DNA from: Balanoglossus misakiensis
Taxonomy: Eukaryota > Animalia > Hemichordata
Assembly: GCA_040954595.2 (NCBI GenBank)
Contig: JBECUI020000026.1
Coordinates: 372,001 to 436,000 of the forward strand
Direction of reading: 5' to 3'
Length of the DNA: 64,000 nt
Below the pieces are notes generated by a model. That model was not told the DNA's origin, did no database searches, and saw nothing but the letters and a program-made list of their open reading frames with translations. Shown here in pieces: positions 23,601-35,259 of the stretch. The position numbers and the translations under genes were made by a program. Within the stretch, counting starts at the first letter, position 1. Every line of letters begins with the position of its first letter.

Positions 23601-26559
23601 ACTTGGCTGCACAGTCGAACACTACTCTGACTTTACCAGGTTTCTGAGGATGAAAGACGGGATGATGAGGTAGGTACCACACAGGTCCGTTTGTTACCGA
23701 TTCACTTTCTGGTACCTTTCTAGCGTGACCTTGTGATAGATAATCAGCGATGGTGGCTTTATACTTCTCTAGAAGTGCAGGATCCTTCCGCAGGCGTCTT
23801 TTCAGGAGACTCAACCTCTTCAGTGCAACGCCCTTGTTGTTTGGTAGACATGGATTGTCATATTTCCAAGGAAGTGCCATCCGATAATGACCATTATGGA
23901 TACTGGCTGAATTGTCCATGATCGCTTTCGCTCTTCGGTCTTCTATGGACAAAGTGTTGGCGGTATCGATCGATTCACTGAAGTCAATATTATACATACG
24001 CTGCAGCTTTGTAGAAATGGATTCCAAACACTGGAGTTGATTATCGCAATTCAGACACTGGTCTACGTTGATAAAGTTGACCGTTGCATCTTGACCTCTG
24101 CTTCCACTCATCGGTCCCATAAGTGTCCAGCCAAGCAGCGTTTTTACAGCATAGGGTTGTTTTCTCTGTCCACGTCTCTCCTCCAGCACCCAATGAGCTT
24201 CAGGTACATCATTGCCAATCAGAATGGTGATATCTTTATTCTCCAACTCAGGAAGTTCGATACCGTCAAGGTGGGACCACTGTTTCACATCTCTTGAAGT
24301 TGGTATGCTTTTTGTTGAAATTGGTAAGGTGTCGGTTGACCATACTTTGTCTAGGAACACACCTTCACCACTATGGAGTCCTCTTACTTCAAGTTGCACT
24401 TCTCGTCCACACTTTTCTTTTTCTGCAGCTAGGGTTGTTAATGTGTAATTTACTGGCTTACCATTCAGTCCTAACTTGTCAATAAGACTGTTGAGGCATA
24501 TAGTTGTGTCAGAACCGTTATCCAGAAATGCATAGGTCTCGACTTCTGCTCCACCATTGGTACCGGTTACTCTTACAGGGATGACTTGGAGACTAACACG
24601 TGGCTTGTTGGCATTTAGCGCTCCACACCTAGCGTTGTTACCGGCCCCATTGACACCAACCGCTTCTTCATTAGTGGAGTTAGTTGATACACCCTTTGGA
24701 CTGGTTACGGAAGCCTGCCCTGTCTGCTGGTTATCTGTCTGACATCGAGGCTGCAGAGTTGGTGGATGCAACAATGAGTGATGGCGTCTTCCACAACCAT
24801 TAACATAACAAAACATACCACTTCTGCAGGTTCTAGCGAAATGGGGTGGTTGCGCCTCCAGACAACAATCACACAACTTCTTTTCTCTTACAAACTCTTT
24901 TCTCTCCTTGAAGGACTTTACAGCAAACTTTCGACATGTTGTAAGTTTGTGCTGACCTTGGCAAAATACACACAGTGGTCGATGCTGGATGGTAACATTA
25001 TTGGTACACTTGCCTTTGGTTCGGTCTGCTGTATACTTCCCCATAGTGTCGCCTTCCCCTTGAATGGCTAACGTGGTAGCTTGAGTAGACTGGTTTGCCG
25101 ACTTCCCTTTGAACTTGACCTTTGATTCTCTATCACCATCTGGTCTTGACCCGATCAATCTACCAAACCTCGTATTGGCTATGGTTGCCTTCGCTTCCAG
25201 AAAGTTAGTTAAATGTACGAATTCTGGCTCTTGCTCACCTTCTATTAATTTACCAGCTTCTTTGGCCCACTCTGCTTGCAGATGAACTGGAAGACGTTTG
25301 ACCACTTTTTCGAGTGTGTCCATGGAATTTATGTCTGCTTTGTAGTGCATTTGTTCGGAAGTTAGATGGCAGTTTTTCATGTCCCGGGCCAGTTGCAGTA
25401 GCTTCTCTGTTTCGGATGCCTTGATTTGAGGACCTTTCACAACTTTGTCTATAGTTGCTCTGATGATGACGTGCTTCTGACCAAAGTTCCGGTGGAGTAT
25501 GCCTTTTGCTTCTCTGTATCCCCTATCTGATGGAAGAATGACACAATTTCGGATCGCTTCCCTCGCCTTTCCAGTACAGTGTTGGATGAGGTATGCGAGC
25601 TTGTCACTGTCATATTGAACTTTCTGTTCCACATTTACTTCAAAGTTCTTTATGAAAAGCGGATATATCACAGGATCTCCATCAAATGAAATGAATTCAC
25701 GTTTGGGCATACTTAAGTTGAGAGCAATGGCTTGTGTGTTCTCATGCTGATGATCAAGTACCTTCTCCATCATAATTTGTTGATGTTTCAATAATTGTCT
25801 TATCTGCTGTGACGTAACAGAACCACCATCATCACTCAACACATCACTCAACTTTGACATGGGGCTGTCATTCGTCTTCGTACCACTTGGATTCAAGACT
25901 CTATTTAAATTCGGGCGTTGACTCTTGACACTGGTGGTAACAGCATTTTCTCTTGGCGATTGCAAATACGACTGTAAATAGCGACTTACTTTTTCTGTTC
26001 TTCGTACTGTTGGTGGGCTAGAAAAGACATCATTATCGTTGAGCTCCAATTCATTTTTTATTAGCTGGGCCTCTACTTCGGCTTGCTTGACTTTTGTCTG
26101 TGCTTCCAGAATTTTCAGTTCTGCTTGATATCTTTCTATTTCTTCTTCCACTTTCAAGATACGTTTTTCCGATTCTTCTCTACGTTGCAACTCTTTCAAT
26201 TGACGCTTGAGCTCTTCTTCTTTTTCAATCTGTTGTAGTTCAAGTTGAGCTATCGCAAGTTTTGCTTTCGCCTTCCTCGATGCTTGACTTGTCGTTGAAC
26301 TTGCTACAGACTTGGTTTCAAGACGATCACCACGCTCACTGCTGCATTTTGACTCGTAGAATTTCGATCTGACGACTGGTTTCCCGACATCTGGTTTAGT
26401 TGTACCATTACCTGATTTCGGCAGATGAGCTAAAGTAGGATTTGGATCAAAAGTAGTGCGTTTTCTCTCGCTGGGAAAACCATTACTCATAGTACTTTCT
26501 TTGGATTCAACAGGTTGCTGTAACCGCTGCATTGGAGTTAACAAACCTTTGTCTGACAT
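20641..26559 (-). CDS. BEL/Pao Gag-Pol polyprotein, 1972 aa, uninterrupted
   Basis: Gag FDGDP and three Cys/His knuckles; protease FLDNGS; RT KVRVVFDC, ADIKQMF, FYVDD; RNase H HNFSDAS; integrase GIDYFGP, SDNGTNF, WERMIRSV. The ORF-track extension to 26676 is translated microsatellite. Confidence 0.97.
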   Translation of the reverse strand: MSDKGLLTPMQRLQQPVESKESTMSNGFPSERKRTTFDPNPTLAHLPKSGNGTTKPDVGKPVVRSKFYESKCSSERGDRLETKSVASSTTSQASRKAKAKLAIAQLELQQIEKEEELKRQLKELQRREESEKRILKVEEEIERYQAELKILEAQTKVKQAEVEAQLIKNELELNDNDVFSSPPTVRRTEKVSRYLQSYLQSPRENAVTTSVKSQRPNLNRVLNPSGTKTNDSPMSKLSDVLSDDGGSVTSQQIRQLLKHQQIMMEKVLDHQHENTQAIALNLSMPKREFISFDGDPVIYPLFIKNFEVNVEQKVQYDSDKLAYLIQHCTGKAREAIRNCVILPSDRGYREAKGILHRNFGQKHVIIRATIDKVVKGPQIKASETEKLLQLARDMKNCHLTSEQMHYKADINSMDTLEKVVKRLPVHLQAEWAKEAGKLIEGEQEPEFVHLTNFLEAKATIANTRFGRLIGSRPDGDRESKVKFKGKSANQSTQATTLAIQGEGDTMGKYTADRTKGKCTNNVTIQHRPLCVFCQGQHKLTTCRKFAVKSFKERKEFVREKKLCDCCLEAQPPHFARTCRSGMFCYVNGCGRRHHSLLHPPTLQPRCQTDNQQTGQASVTSPKGVSTNSTNEEAVGVNGAGNNARCGALNANKPRVSLQVIPVRVTGTNGGAEVETYAFLDNGSDTTICLNSLIDKLGLNGKPVNYTLTTLAAEKEKCGREVQLEVRGLHSGEGVFLDKVWSTDTLPISTKSIPTSRDVKQWSHLDGIELPELENKDITILIGNDVPEAHWVLEERRGQRKQPYAVKTLLGWTLMGPMSGSRGQDATVNFINVDQCLNCDNQLQCLESISTKLQRMYNIDFSESIDTANTLSIEDRRAKAIMDNSASIHNGHYRMALPWKYDNPCLPNNKGVALKRLSLLKRRLRKDPALLEKYKATIADYLSQGHARKVPESESVTNGPVWYLPHHPVFHPQKPGKVRVVFDCAAKYAGTSLNEQLLQGPDFMNSLIGVLLRFRQEPIAVVADIKQMFHQVLVDPKDRDVLRFLWWPSGDLSKEPEDYQMMVHLFGAKSSPSCSSYALRKTADDNRADFEPQIVDTVYRNFYVDDCLKSTPTTKSAINLVGKLSAMLERGGFHITKWISNSTEVLESIPPTDKAPSVVNMSIDEQPIDRALGVEWNIGKDTFSFRVGNHLKEETRRGILSCVASIYDPLGFAAPFVLPAKRILQELCRSDCGWDDEIPQQQIIAWRKWWPKLSNLREILTPRCYKPPEFDELQMVELHNFSDASLNGYGTASYLRLMDVKDRIHCCLVMGKSRVTPLKTMTIPRLELTAATVSVKVSRQIQEELQIPIHKVVYWTDSTIVLQYIRNTGKRFQTFVANRIQTINDSSTPSQWRHVPSEHNPADLASRGIQLEDVDGNQTKTWIMGPEFLWRPESNWPVHPIDLPEIPSDDKELKRKAQVCSTSTRSKTEDQIVDLLLNRYSSWYKLQKLIAWLLRYKTYLKNRTGRDQKMATGPLTVDELSSATLAIVKMVQRKMFPREMASSSKSTSESPDSEGYISPLRKLTPMIIDDVLCVGGRLDHAPIKNTEKHPIILPHNHPVTELVVRHYHEREGHVGANQLLAAVREKFWILRGLATVRRAVGRCIVCKRWNAKPGNQLMAPLPAARVIPRQPPFSSVGIDYFGPLYVKWRRGTAKRYGCVFTCLAIRAVHIEVSHSLSTDSFIQAVWRFVSRRGNPRKLFSDNGTNFRGAEREVKYSLEKWNQERITDSLRKKEIQWHFNPPSASHAGGVWERMIRSVRKILRSLMGNKLVDDETLLTFLAEVEKILNDRPLVYLSDDPNDLEPLTPSTLLLLRCNPSTSPDESKYFGIHERRKEAQCLADTFWKRWVREYLPSLQERQKWLRPRRNLAIGDFVLIVDENASRGHWQKGLVEQTFPDRYGNNRQVLIKTSTGRLRRDVRKVCLLEANFYIDVKN

Positions 26560-26568
26560 CCACTGTCT

Positions 26569-29500
26569 AATGAATGAATGAATGAATGAATGAATGAATG
26601 AATGAATGAATGAATGCATGAATGAATGAATGAATGAATGAATGATGAACGGATGAGTCGTAATAATATGCTTCAATCATAGGGGCTTTGAAAATTATTA
26701 AAATAAAATAAAAAATAATGTACTCACAACCGACATTTATACAACAGACAGCTCAAGAAACTCCTCCATGTGTACAATACTTTGCCAATTTAGTGACAAC
26801 ATCAGCTTGCAGAGCACGTGAGCACCGCTTTCGCCAGCCTGTGGTGCCCGCATATCTTTTTTGTTCAGCAGTAACATGCACGACACATGCAGAGACACAA
26901 ACGTCCATGTTGCAAATTGTAGATGAAAGCATCAGCTGCGCTGGTTTTATGGTCAGCATCACTGGCTGTTACATGAAAACTGTTTGTCACATACCTTAAC
27001 CAACATATACGTGTATCTGTATGGAAAGAAAGTAGGCTCACCCCCGGTACAGTATTATTTTTTTTGCATGCACGCAATGGCCTGAATTTGCTAAACTGGG
27101 ATCATCTGCGCGCATTTCAAAACGTGCTCGTTGCTTAACTTCGCGTGCTTTACTACTCACAATTATTCCACTTGTGAACGAACACGTCACCCAATTTTAC
27201 AGTGTAGCCATGTGGAAAACTGGTGACAAGGTAATATTTCATTCGAAGATCAACCTACGTTCAGAAAGTTTGCATTGTGGTGAATTCTCACTGCTCTCGC
27301 AATGCGGTCTGTGGCGCACTGCCGCAGACCGCATTACACGTAGAAATAAATTCTGTACGTCACAGTTCGTAGGTCGCATAGGTCATGGAGTTAATCCATT
27401 ATACATTGCGGCTTACAATTTCTCGTGACCCTCTTATCATGCAGCTTGTGTGTTACTGACCACTGACGCATGTCAAAACACTCAATATTTTTTTAATTTG
27501 CAAAATCTTTCATTTTAAAGTTGTGATACTCACTGCAGATAGCATTCTTTTCAGTAGGAACTATTTCTGCTGCCATTTCAATATTGTCTGTATTCCATGT
27601 AAATATATTTCCTCCAATTGAACAGTCCCCCGCCACAGCTGCAACCTCTTCTGCAGTCAGAACTTTTGACCACATGTATGTCATTTAGTCAAGACAATTT
27701 GGGAGAACTGTAGTTTAAAGCCTCCAAAGCTGCCACTTTTTGCATTATTTTCATGATTTTATTTTCCAACTTAAATTGGTTCATCAAAATAAGCTTACTG
27801 ATAGGTATACATAAACATCTTATCGATGCCCGATTGTGACTGCATGTTGCAATTGGAACATGCTATGTATTAAAACGGTGCCTCACCGATTTAATCAGCC
27901 TTCATACAAACAATAGCAGCTAAGCAGCTATCGTGAAATGCGACGCCAAGTGATGACAAACCAATGCAAATGCAAGTAATATGGCTTAATGGTCACGGGT
28001 GAAGATTTTAGGGAATAGGGAATATACATATGAAGTATTTTACTCTGGAAAAAAATATGCCAATTTTAGCAGCTATAGGGTTTTTAAAGCGCGGGCGAAG
28101 TATGAACAGATGCAGTAAATATCGATACATTGTATTTTGGAGGTTTCTCATAACCATGATTGGTTGGCTAATTATGCGGCGTTTTCTAAATAAAAGGAAC
28201 AATATTAATTTATTGTTGGGGCTCACCTCCGTTAACATCTTGCCGTCTCTGCTGAGTTTTGGCCTCTTCCAGCGGCACGTGTTTGTCCTTTAGGGCATGC
28301 TGTAAAATATTTAGAATAGCGCTGCCATTTGATCAAAGGATAAGCTGGCTTCGCGTGTTAGGGATGTGTGTCTGACGACTATGCCTCGAAGCAAAAGACA
28401 CAGCCGACCCTGCCACGCAGATTCATTTGTTGTGTCACACATTTTGGATCCAAGAAGAGAATATCAACCTTGACGTTGCGAAAATGACAAGAAACTTTCA
28501 CTCATATAGGTTGTGTGATTACTTACCCGCAACTTGTTGGGAATTGCTGTCACCAGAGGTGCCCACAGCGTGAAAGCCAGAATGACTGCGACGCCTGCAT
28601 TGGAGTTCGTCATGAATGGAAACATCGATGAACACGTTCGGTCTTCGATGAGGCTAGTGTCCACAGAATAGGCATTCTTTTATAACGCAGCTGGGAGGTG
28701 GTAAATCCATTGTGATCACCATGCTATTAGTAGCCCAAGCAGTCAAACTTTGCGAAAAATATATAAATATGGAAAAATATATCAATGGGATCAATAGTTA
28801 TTAAGCACTTTTTAAAAACAAATGACACCGTAAGATCAATTATCTTGTTTTCCGCGACAAGTTTCAACATGGTATGTCAGCGCTACCAGTGAATAATATT
28901 ATTAGAAACTATGACAGCTGTAACCGTGCGATTAATGATTTGATCAATTTTAATCATATACTTGTAAATATTTGCGCGGGTGCTGGTTTAATAAACTGTG
29001 TTGATATATAGGTGGAAGACTGTTTAGTTTTCCAGTCAATTATGTGATGTATTACGCCTGACGCTTAAATGATTTGGTCCAGGGAGAATAACCGCGTTTG
29101 GCCGGTCAAGCGAACCCTGGATCTTGCAGGCTCTGCCCACTTTCCAATCAACAACCTTTGAGCATGCGCAGTTGATACTTCACATTGTAAACAAGATGGC
29201 GTCGCTGTATATGCTTCTGGACCGCTGTCGCCCGACTATGTCGGCAAAGAAGAGACGAATTTAACCAAGCAACGCCATATCGGAAGATAGAATGATCGCG
29301 AGATGAAACCGGGATATCCAACGATTTGGCAGCCATGTTGATTGATTGGTAAGTCGCCGAAGTAACTATTTGCCATTGATTTGTTTACCAGAAACGGTTT
29401 GCCTTTGGAACACATTTGACCTCACCGAAATTGATTTCAGAGTTTTTTCCCAAGAACTAATGACGTTCGTTTTCACCTGTCTGTCCCGAAGTTGCAAACG

Positions 29501-31563
29501 TGTTGTCTCTGAGAAAATAAATGTGATTTGTACCCGCGATAATCATAGTTCGGATTTCAACCCACAACATCAACGCCAGCCATTCACCAACATGTGCCAG
29601 ATAATGTTTATCAGTCATATTTTCTCAGTCTGAATTTACAAAAGACTAATTGTATATTATGCACATTGCAATTTTAATATGTAACACGTTTGACCTGAGT
29701 GGGAGAATGGATTGAAGGGACACAAGCTTTTGTAGCCACTTATATTTTGACACTGTTTATATAAATGTTGAGCTGGCATATTTGTTCCCTTATGATGTAG
29801 TGTACCTGTTGCATTGAAATGAAGCTGTAATATTAAAGTGCAATTTAGTCCTTTGGTTTACTGGGAAAATGAGGTCAATAAATGACAGGTTTATTTAGAT
29901 ATATGATATATTTCTCACAAGCACGTATGCATATGTATGAGATACTTATTTATTTTTAATTTATGTATTTATTTTTAATTTATTTTGTATGTTCAGGTAA
30001 TCATATGGATTTGTATGGAATCACATACACATTAATTAAAGACTATCATATCACAGAAGTCGAGCCTCCACATGTGTAAGGTAACCATTTAGGTTTCATG
30101 ACTAAGTTTGTTTAAGAATTCATAAAGCACGAATTCTACCTAATGAATGAATTTTCTTAGAATTTCACAACTGTGACAGGGTTTGCAGTTATGCGAAAAA
30201 GTGTTATTATTCACATACGAAACTTTTCGTATACATTTTTCTGATGGCAATGCATTTAACTTTGAACAAATATTGACGTCAGTTAGTAGTGCTATTTTGT
30301 CAGTGAAATTGCTTCATCATCATCCCTCCAACCAAAGTTGAAACTGAGTTGCAAATATTGCACAGCTTGAAATCATAAAATGTCGCAAAATTGAACCAAC
30401 CATTCGGTCAACGATTATGTTCTTACAGCTATTATTAGAAGCAGACAGTCTCAGGGAACAAGATACATGGGCCTGATTTGCAAACTGAGTTGGAACTAAC
30501 CTTGCCTGCCCATGGATGCGCCAATTCAGTGAATCTTATCGTATTAAAAATGAATATGGAGAACTATTCTCTGTGTTGTGATTGTTAGCCTACATGTATA
30601 CATATGTACCTTGAGTGATTCCACTTTCTTCAGTGTCCTGTGAATTCAGTTGCCATAACTTGCGCTTCACACAGCGCATACATGTAGGTCTAATCAATTG
30701 GGCAACTGGGTCTTACAATATTATCTGATGCCTCTTACTGGCCGAAGGACCACAAGTTGCATTTTCACATCGCATATAAATAGAAAACCCATTAATTTCT
30801 ACTGTATGATTTTATTGACGATTCAATAGTTTCATGACTGTTAGTGTTAATTACAATACCTAAATTCCCAAATGAAAGCATGCTGTCAGTTTTCATGTGT
30901 GTAGGATCTCTTGGCCCTACACGGACTCAATATCACTCCAAACTTCAACCACTCGAGACACTCGTACTTGTACGTAATCCACAACCATGAATAAAGTTCG
31001 ATGTTCTTTAATGCACACTGGTTTCCGAATGTTTACATAACTTTTGCGTACATACAGCGAATTACGGACAGCAAATTACGGTTCTAAATGAAATGGGAAA
31101 AAAGGGAAAAATAGGAAACTCAAAGAAAGTACAATATGCGTTGTCAAATACACAAAAGTAAATTCAATAAAGTTCTAGTAAGCTTGACTGCCACGCCCAA
31201 GAAATTACAAAACGCTGACGTGGCCGCAGTAATGACACGTCGGGAATTCACAATGAAACAGCTTGCTTGAAGTCCCACGAAAGTTGCGTCCAAAAACGGT
31301 ATGCGAAATAATTGACAAAACTTGACTCGCTTACCTCAGATAGTGACGCCTTTGGGGTGATACCGAAGCTGCTGACGTTGACTCAACGAAACGACAAAAT
31401 TTAACTATACGTGTACGACGCTGAAACCCGCGTCCGTACAACACCACTTTGAACTGAGTGCCTGCGGGCAAACTTTCACCGCTACTTATATAAACCTCAT
31501 TTACATAGCAGGTGGCATACAAAATGTCAGCCACCAATAGAAACGCAACAGTCAGCACTTACA
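26569..31563. repeat. Copy 2 of the 4995-bp direct repeat
   Basis: Starts inside (TGAA)n, 10 nt upstream of the gag ATG; ends exactly at the LTR terminus. Confidence 0.95.
30900..31563 (-). repeat. BEL 5' LTR (664 bp), not followed by a PBS
   Basis: Identical by eye to 19696-20359. ATGTG lies on both sides. On the minus strand it is followed by host flank rather than TGG. Confidence 0.92.
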
Positions 31564-31705
31564 ATGTGATTGATATTAATTTTACAATTTCAAAATATGC
31601 TTAGCTCTGAATGATTATGAACATATCAAACTTCATGTTAAATAAACTGTCTTGATATTGTATACATTAAGGCCTACTACCAGTGTCACAACATTGATTT
31701 CCTGC

Positions 31706-32640
31706 ATTTTTGCTCATGCCTTCTGACCAGTCAGTTGCCTCTGTATGTGTGTATGTAGTATGTATGGATGTATGTATGTCTGTCCACATCAAAAACTTGA
31801 AAACCCCTTCGCGTATCCCCTTGATATTTGGTGTGTAGATGTAGGCCAGCCTGTAAATAGGATTTTGTTCATATTAAGAAGGTTGAAGTATTTTCATGAT
31901 TGGTTTTATTTGATTACTCCAGAAACATACAATACAGAGTCTGTGTGGTAAGTCTTGATATTGGGTTTTTAGATGCAGGCACGCCTGTTCAAATGAAATA
32001 TGCTAATTACCTGGAGCAATGTGAAATTGATCAAAACTCAGAAACTCAACAACTGGTCAGATTGCTTTGAACATTTGTATGCATGTAGCTTATGTCACGC
32101 CTGATATACTTTCAGCTAATATCGTGAATTGTATCTAGAATTTAGTATGCTATTTCCTATAGGTAATCTTTGTTAGTATTGTTTAAATTGTGGCAAAATT
32201 TGTAATTTTTGGGAAATATAATTTTGTCATTTTTGGTCAAAAATCATTTTCTCTGAAACTCCATGTCAGGTCAGGTTGCATTTAAATTTTGGTTTGCTTG
32301 TTCCATGAGGTAACCCAAGTAATGTTGTATATCATTTTGGTGAAATTTGCATATTTGTGGTCTTGAGGCAATTTTTGCAATTTGTATTCTTTGAAACCGC
32401 ATGTCAAATTGCTTTCAATTTTGGTAGGCATGTTCCTTGTGGTGATTGAAGTGAGATATTGTTGGATTTGTTGATATCTGAATTTTTGTGGTTGAGGCAG
32501 TTTTTGTCATTGTTGAAGAAATGTTGTTTTCACTGAAAATACTCCGATTCCTGTGAAATTGTATTAGGTTACCTGGTAGGTCATATCTGCTTGGCAATGT
32601 CACAGCGGTGTACACACCTATTTTTGTGTAATCCAAAGTG
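31706..32640 (+). mobile_element. Degenerate Helentron-associated (HINE/DINE-like) repeat; copy ~56650-57590
   Basis: T-run start, (TGTA)n-type microsatellite, then decayed core repeats (aaattttggt...); similar to 36440-37400. Boundaries approximate. Confidence 0.4.
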
Positions 32641-33307
32641 TGTAATAAGCTAGCAAATATTTACTAGTAAATCATGTATGTTCTACTTCTTACAAGGTTG
32701 AAGTATGTTGATGTCTGGGTTAAATGGGATTCTTCAGAAACATACAATACAGAGTCTGTGGTACAGTTCATGGTCACATTCAGAATTACCTAGTCTATAT
32801 CCAGCCGTGTTCTGTCCGCTTTGCTTCCAAAAGTATCGTCTAGTGTCATGCATGCCACTTGCCCAATAATCTGACACCCCTTGCTGGGAAATTTGATGTA
32901 ACAAGTATCCCTTAGTGAAATTATTAACATAAATTGAACAATGTTGATTTGGCGTAAGATTATAGTGAAGGCAGGGCTTATTACATTGAAAATGCTATCC
33001 AGCCTTAATTACACATTATGAATATCCTTTGTCCAATCATTGGAAAAACAATGTACCGTAGACTTGCATAGCACTTTGAAGGTGAATCGCAAGTGGTCAC
33101 TTTAATTACATTACCTCAAGCAGTCTTTTACATGTAGCTATAATAAGACAAGCATTCCCGGTGTAATTAACATCACTGTTGTTATTAGTATCTATCTCCG
33201 ATAAGTATCAAGTCTGCCTTATGTTATTTTAAGTCAATTGTCAGGTTCATGTACATATTTTACAACTTATCTATCTTGTCAAAAACTTTCGCATGTACCT
33301 AATTCTA

Positions 33308-34505
33308 GGCTTACCAGTAGGGTTATAGATACAGTGTATTATATTAACATGCATTAATATGAAACTAAATGTTGATGGTTAATTAAAGACCCCCTTGAGC
33401 TATGGTAACCTCATTAAATATGTGCATATCTTATTCTAGTGGATGTGGTAACCTGGACATGGACAACTCTGGGGTCAAAATCTTTTGACAAACTTTTGGG
33501 TGATCTTGGGTAAACTTTGACCTACATTCCTATATCTTGGCATCCGGCACAGATACATCCTTGACACTTGGAGTTATGGAACTATGTAATGGAATATTAT
33601 GTCTTGCCTCATTAATTATGTACATACCTAATGCCAGCCTAACCAATAGGGCTGGAAGTCTGCCTTTTTTTGGACATGATACATTTGAGATCAACATTTT
33701 TCTACAGCAGCCAGCCTTCTCTTAAAAAGAATGGACAATATAAAGGCTTTGCTGGTATACTGAACTTTGGACTCCCTCCCTGAGACTGTGTGCCAATGAC
33801 GGGATAGCCTACTCAGCGTTGGGTAGATCCTAAGAAGGCCTCAGCCAGGCATCAGATACAAAAAGCGGAAATCCAAGCTTTAATGGTGGGTTACATCGTT
33901 AACTTCCCTGCAGAGCTGATTTCTCAGACTGTGAGCCAATGACGGGTAAAGCCCCTAGGTAGGGGCCACCTAAGACAGGCCGGTCATGCTTTAGTCACAA
34001 AGAAGGGCAAGTTCAGTCATACCATAACTTTGTCTGCTGTATATGCTTCATAATGATTGCATGGTATTTTGAGAATACATTGTCTTAAGGCAGTGTGACC
34101 AGCTAAAAAGTACTGGCAAACACAGCCAATGTGTAATAAAAAACATCTAATTTGGCTGAATAAAAGACATAAAACACAGCAAAAGCACTGTGACTAGCTG
34201 AGACATAATACTCCATTATGCATTTCCATCACTCCAAGTGTCAAGGTTGCATCTGCTCTGGATGCCAAGATATAGTAATGTTGGTCAAGGTTTACCCAAA
34301 GTCACCCAAAGTTCTGTCAAACAATTTTGACCCCAATGTTGTCCATGTTTAGGTTTCTCCCTCCACTGGATAGCCTACAATTAGATATGCAAATATTTAA
34401 TGACATTACCATAGATTAAGGCGGTCCTAAATTAACCATGAAATTATAGTTTCATGTTAATTCTTGTTATTACAAAACACTGTATCTATAACCCTTCTGG
34501 AAGCC
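33308..34505. mobile_element. ~1.2-kb non-autonomous TIR element with ~280-bp diverged TIRs, possibly PIF/Harbinger-like
   Basis: ggcttaccagtagggttatagatacagtgt pairs with acactgtatctataacccttctggaagcc; arms 33308-33590 and 34220-34505; flanks cta/ata. Confidence 0.7.
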
Positions 34506-35259
34506 ATACTTTGTTTCATGCTACCCAATATGTGAAAGTAGGTAAAAAATCAGCCAAGGTTATTTGAAATTTTGCTGAAAAAAATCCGGTCCCTGACATT
34601 TGGTAAAGGGGTCAAGACACTTGGCAACAAATTGTTGTCCCAGATTAGAACATATTCATAAAAAACTCAGGGAAAGAAGGAAGTTTTTCACAGCTTTGGT
34701 GCTTCAAATAGTAGAGAGGTTCCCAAGTTATTTCAATGAAACCTTAATGTCAACATTACATCGTTAGACTCGAAACTCATCTGGCATAAAGCTGCTAGTT
34801 AAAGCCCTAAGGGTTGTGCCACTTTTTCATTATTTTCATCTAAGATTTGTCAATCTAAATAAGCTTACTGCTAGGTATACATCTACATGAACATCTTGTT
34901 GACTGACGATTGTGGCTGTAATTTAAAGAAGTCAGATATTTAACAGGTACCACACCTGTTTAATCTGCCTCTATACAAAGGGTACACATCTATAGTGGTA
35001 TGCATCACCTAGATATGACAAACATAAGCACTACAAGTAATATGGCTTTATGGTGGCGATTTTGAAGGATGTGGAGAAGATTTGAAAAACACTCTTGAGG
35101 AAAAAGATGTGTTAAATCTTTGAAATGTGTTTTATTCTTTGGTTCCCATTTCGTATATGTCTATCTACCACTGGGACCAATGTGAAATTGGTGGAAATTG
35201 GTCAAATTGCTTTAGAAATTGGTGTGTATTCATTTTGAGACCTCATGGATTTTTTTTCA

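Larger units (their letters stand above)
19696..31563 (-). mobile_element. BEL/Pao LTR retrotransposon, rearranged (leader replaced by flank copy)
   Basis: 664-bp LTRs TGT..ACA; ATGTG TSD at 19691-19695 and 31564-31568; the empty site with a single ATGTG is at ~56510. Confidence 0.92.

Noticed and set aside
26560-26676. N-terminal HSFI repeats of the BEL polyprotein
   Set aside because: Translated (TTCA)n microsatellite from the duplicated flank.
15365-31563. Genuine 5-kb LTRs
   Set aside because: The repeat does not have TG..CA termini at its left end. The TSD, PPT and empty site define 664-bp LTRs.
30900-31563. Simple independent solo LTR
   Set aside because: Its left ATGTG belongs to the duplicated flank, so it is better read as the 5' LTR of the rearranged element. 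A solo-LTR haplotype is kept as an alternative.
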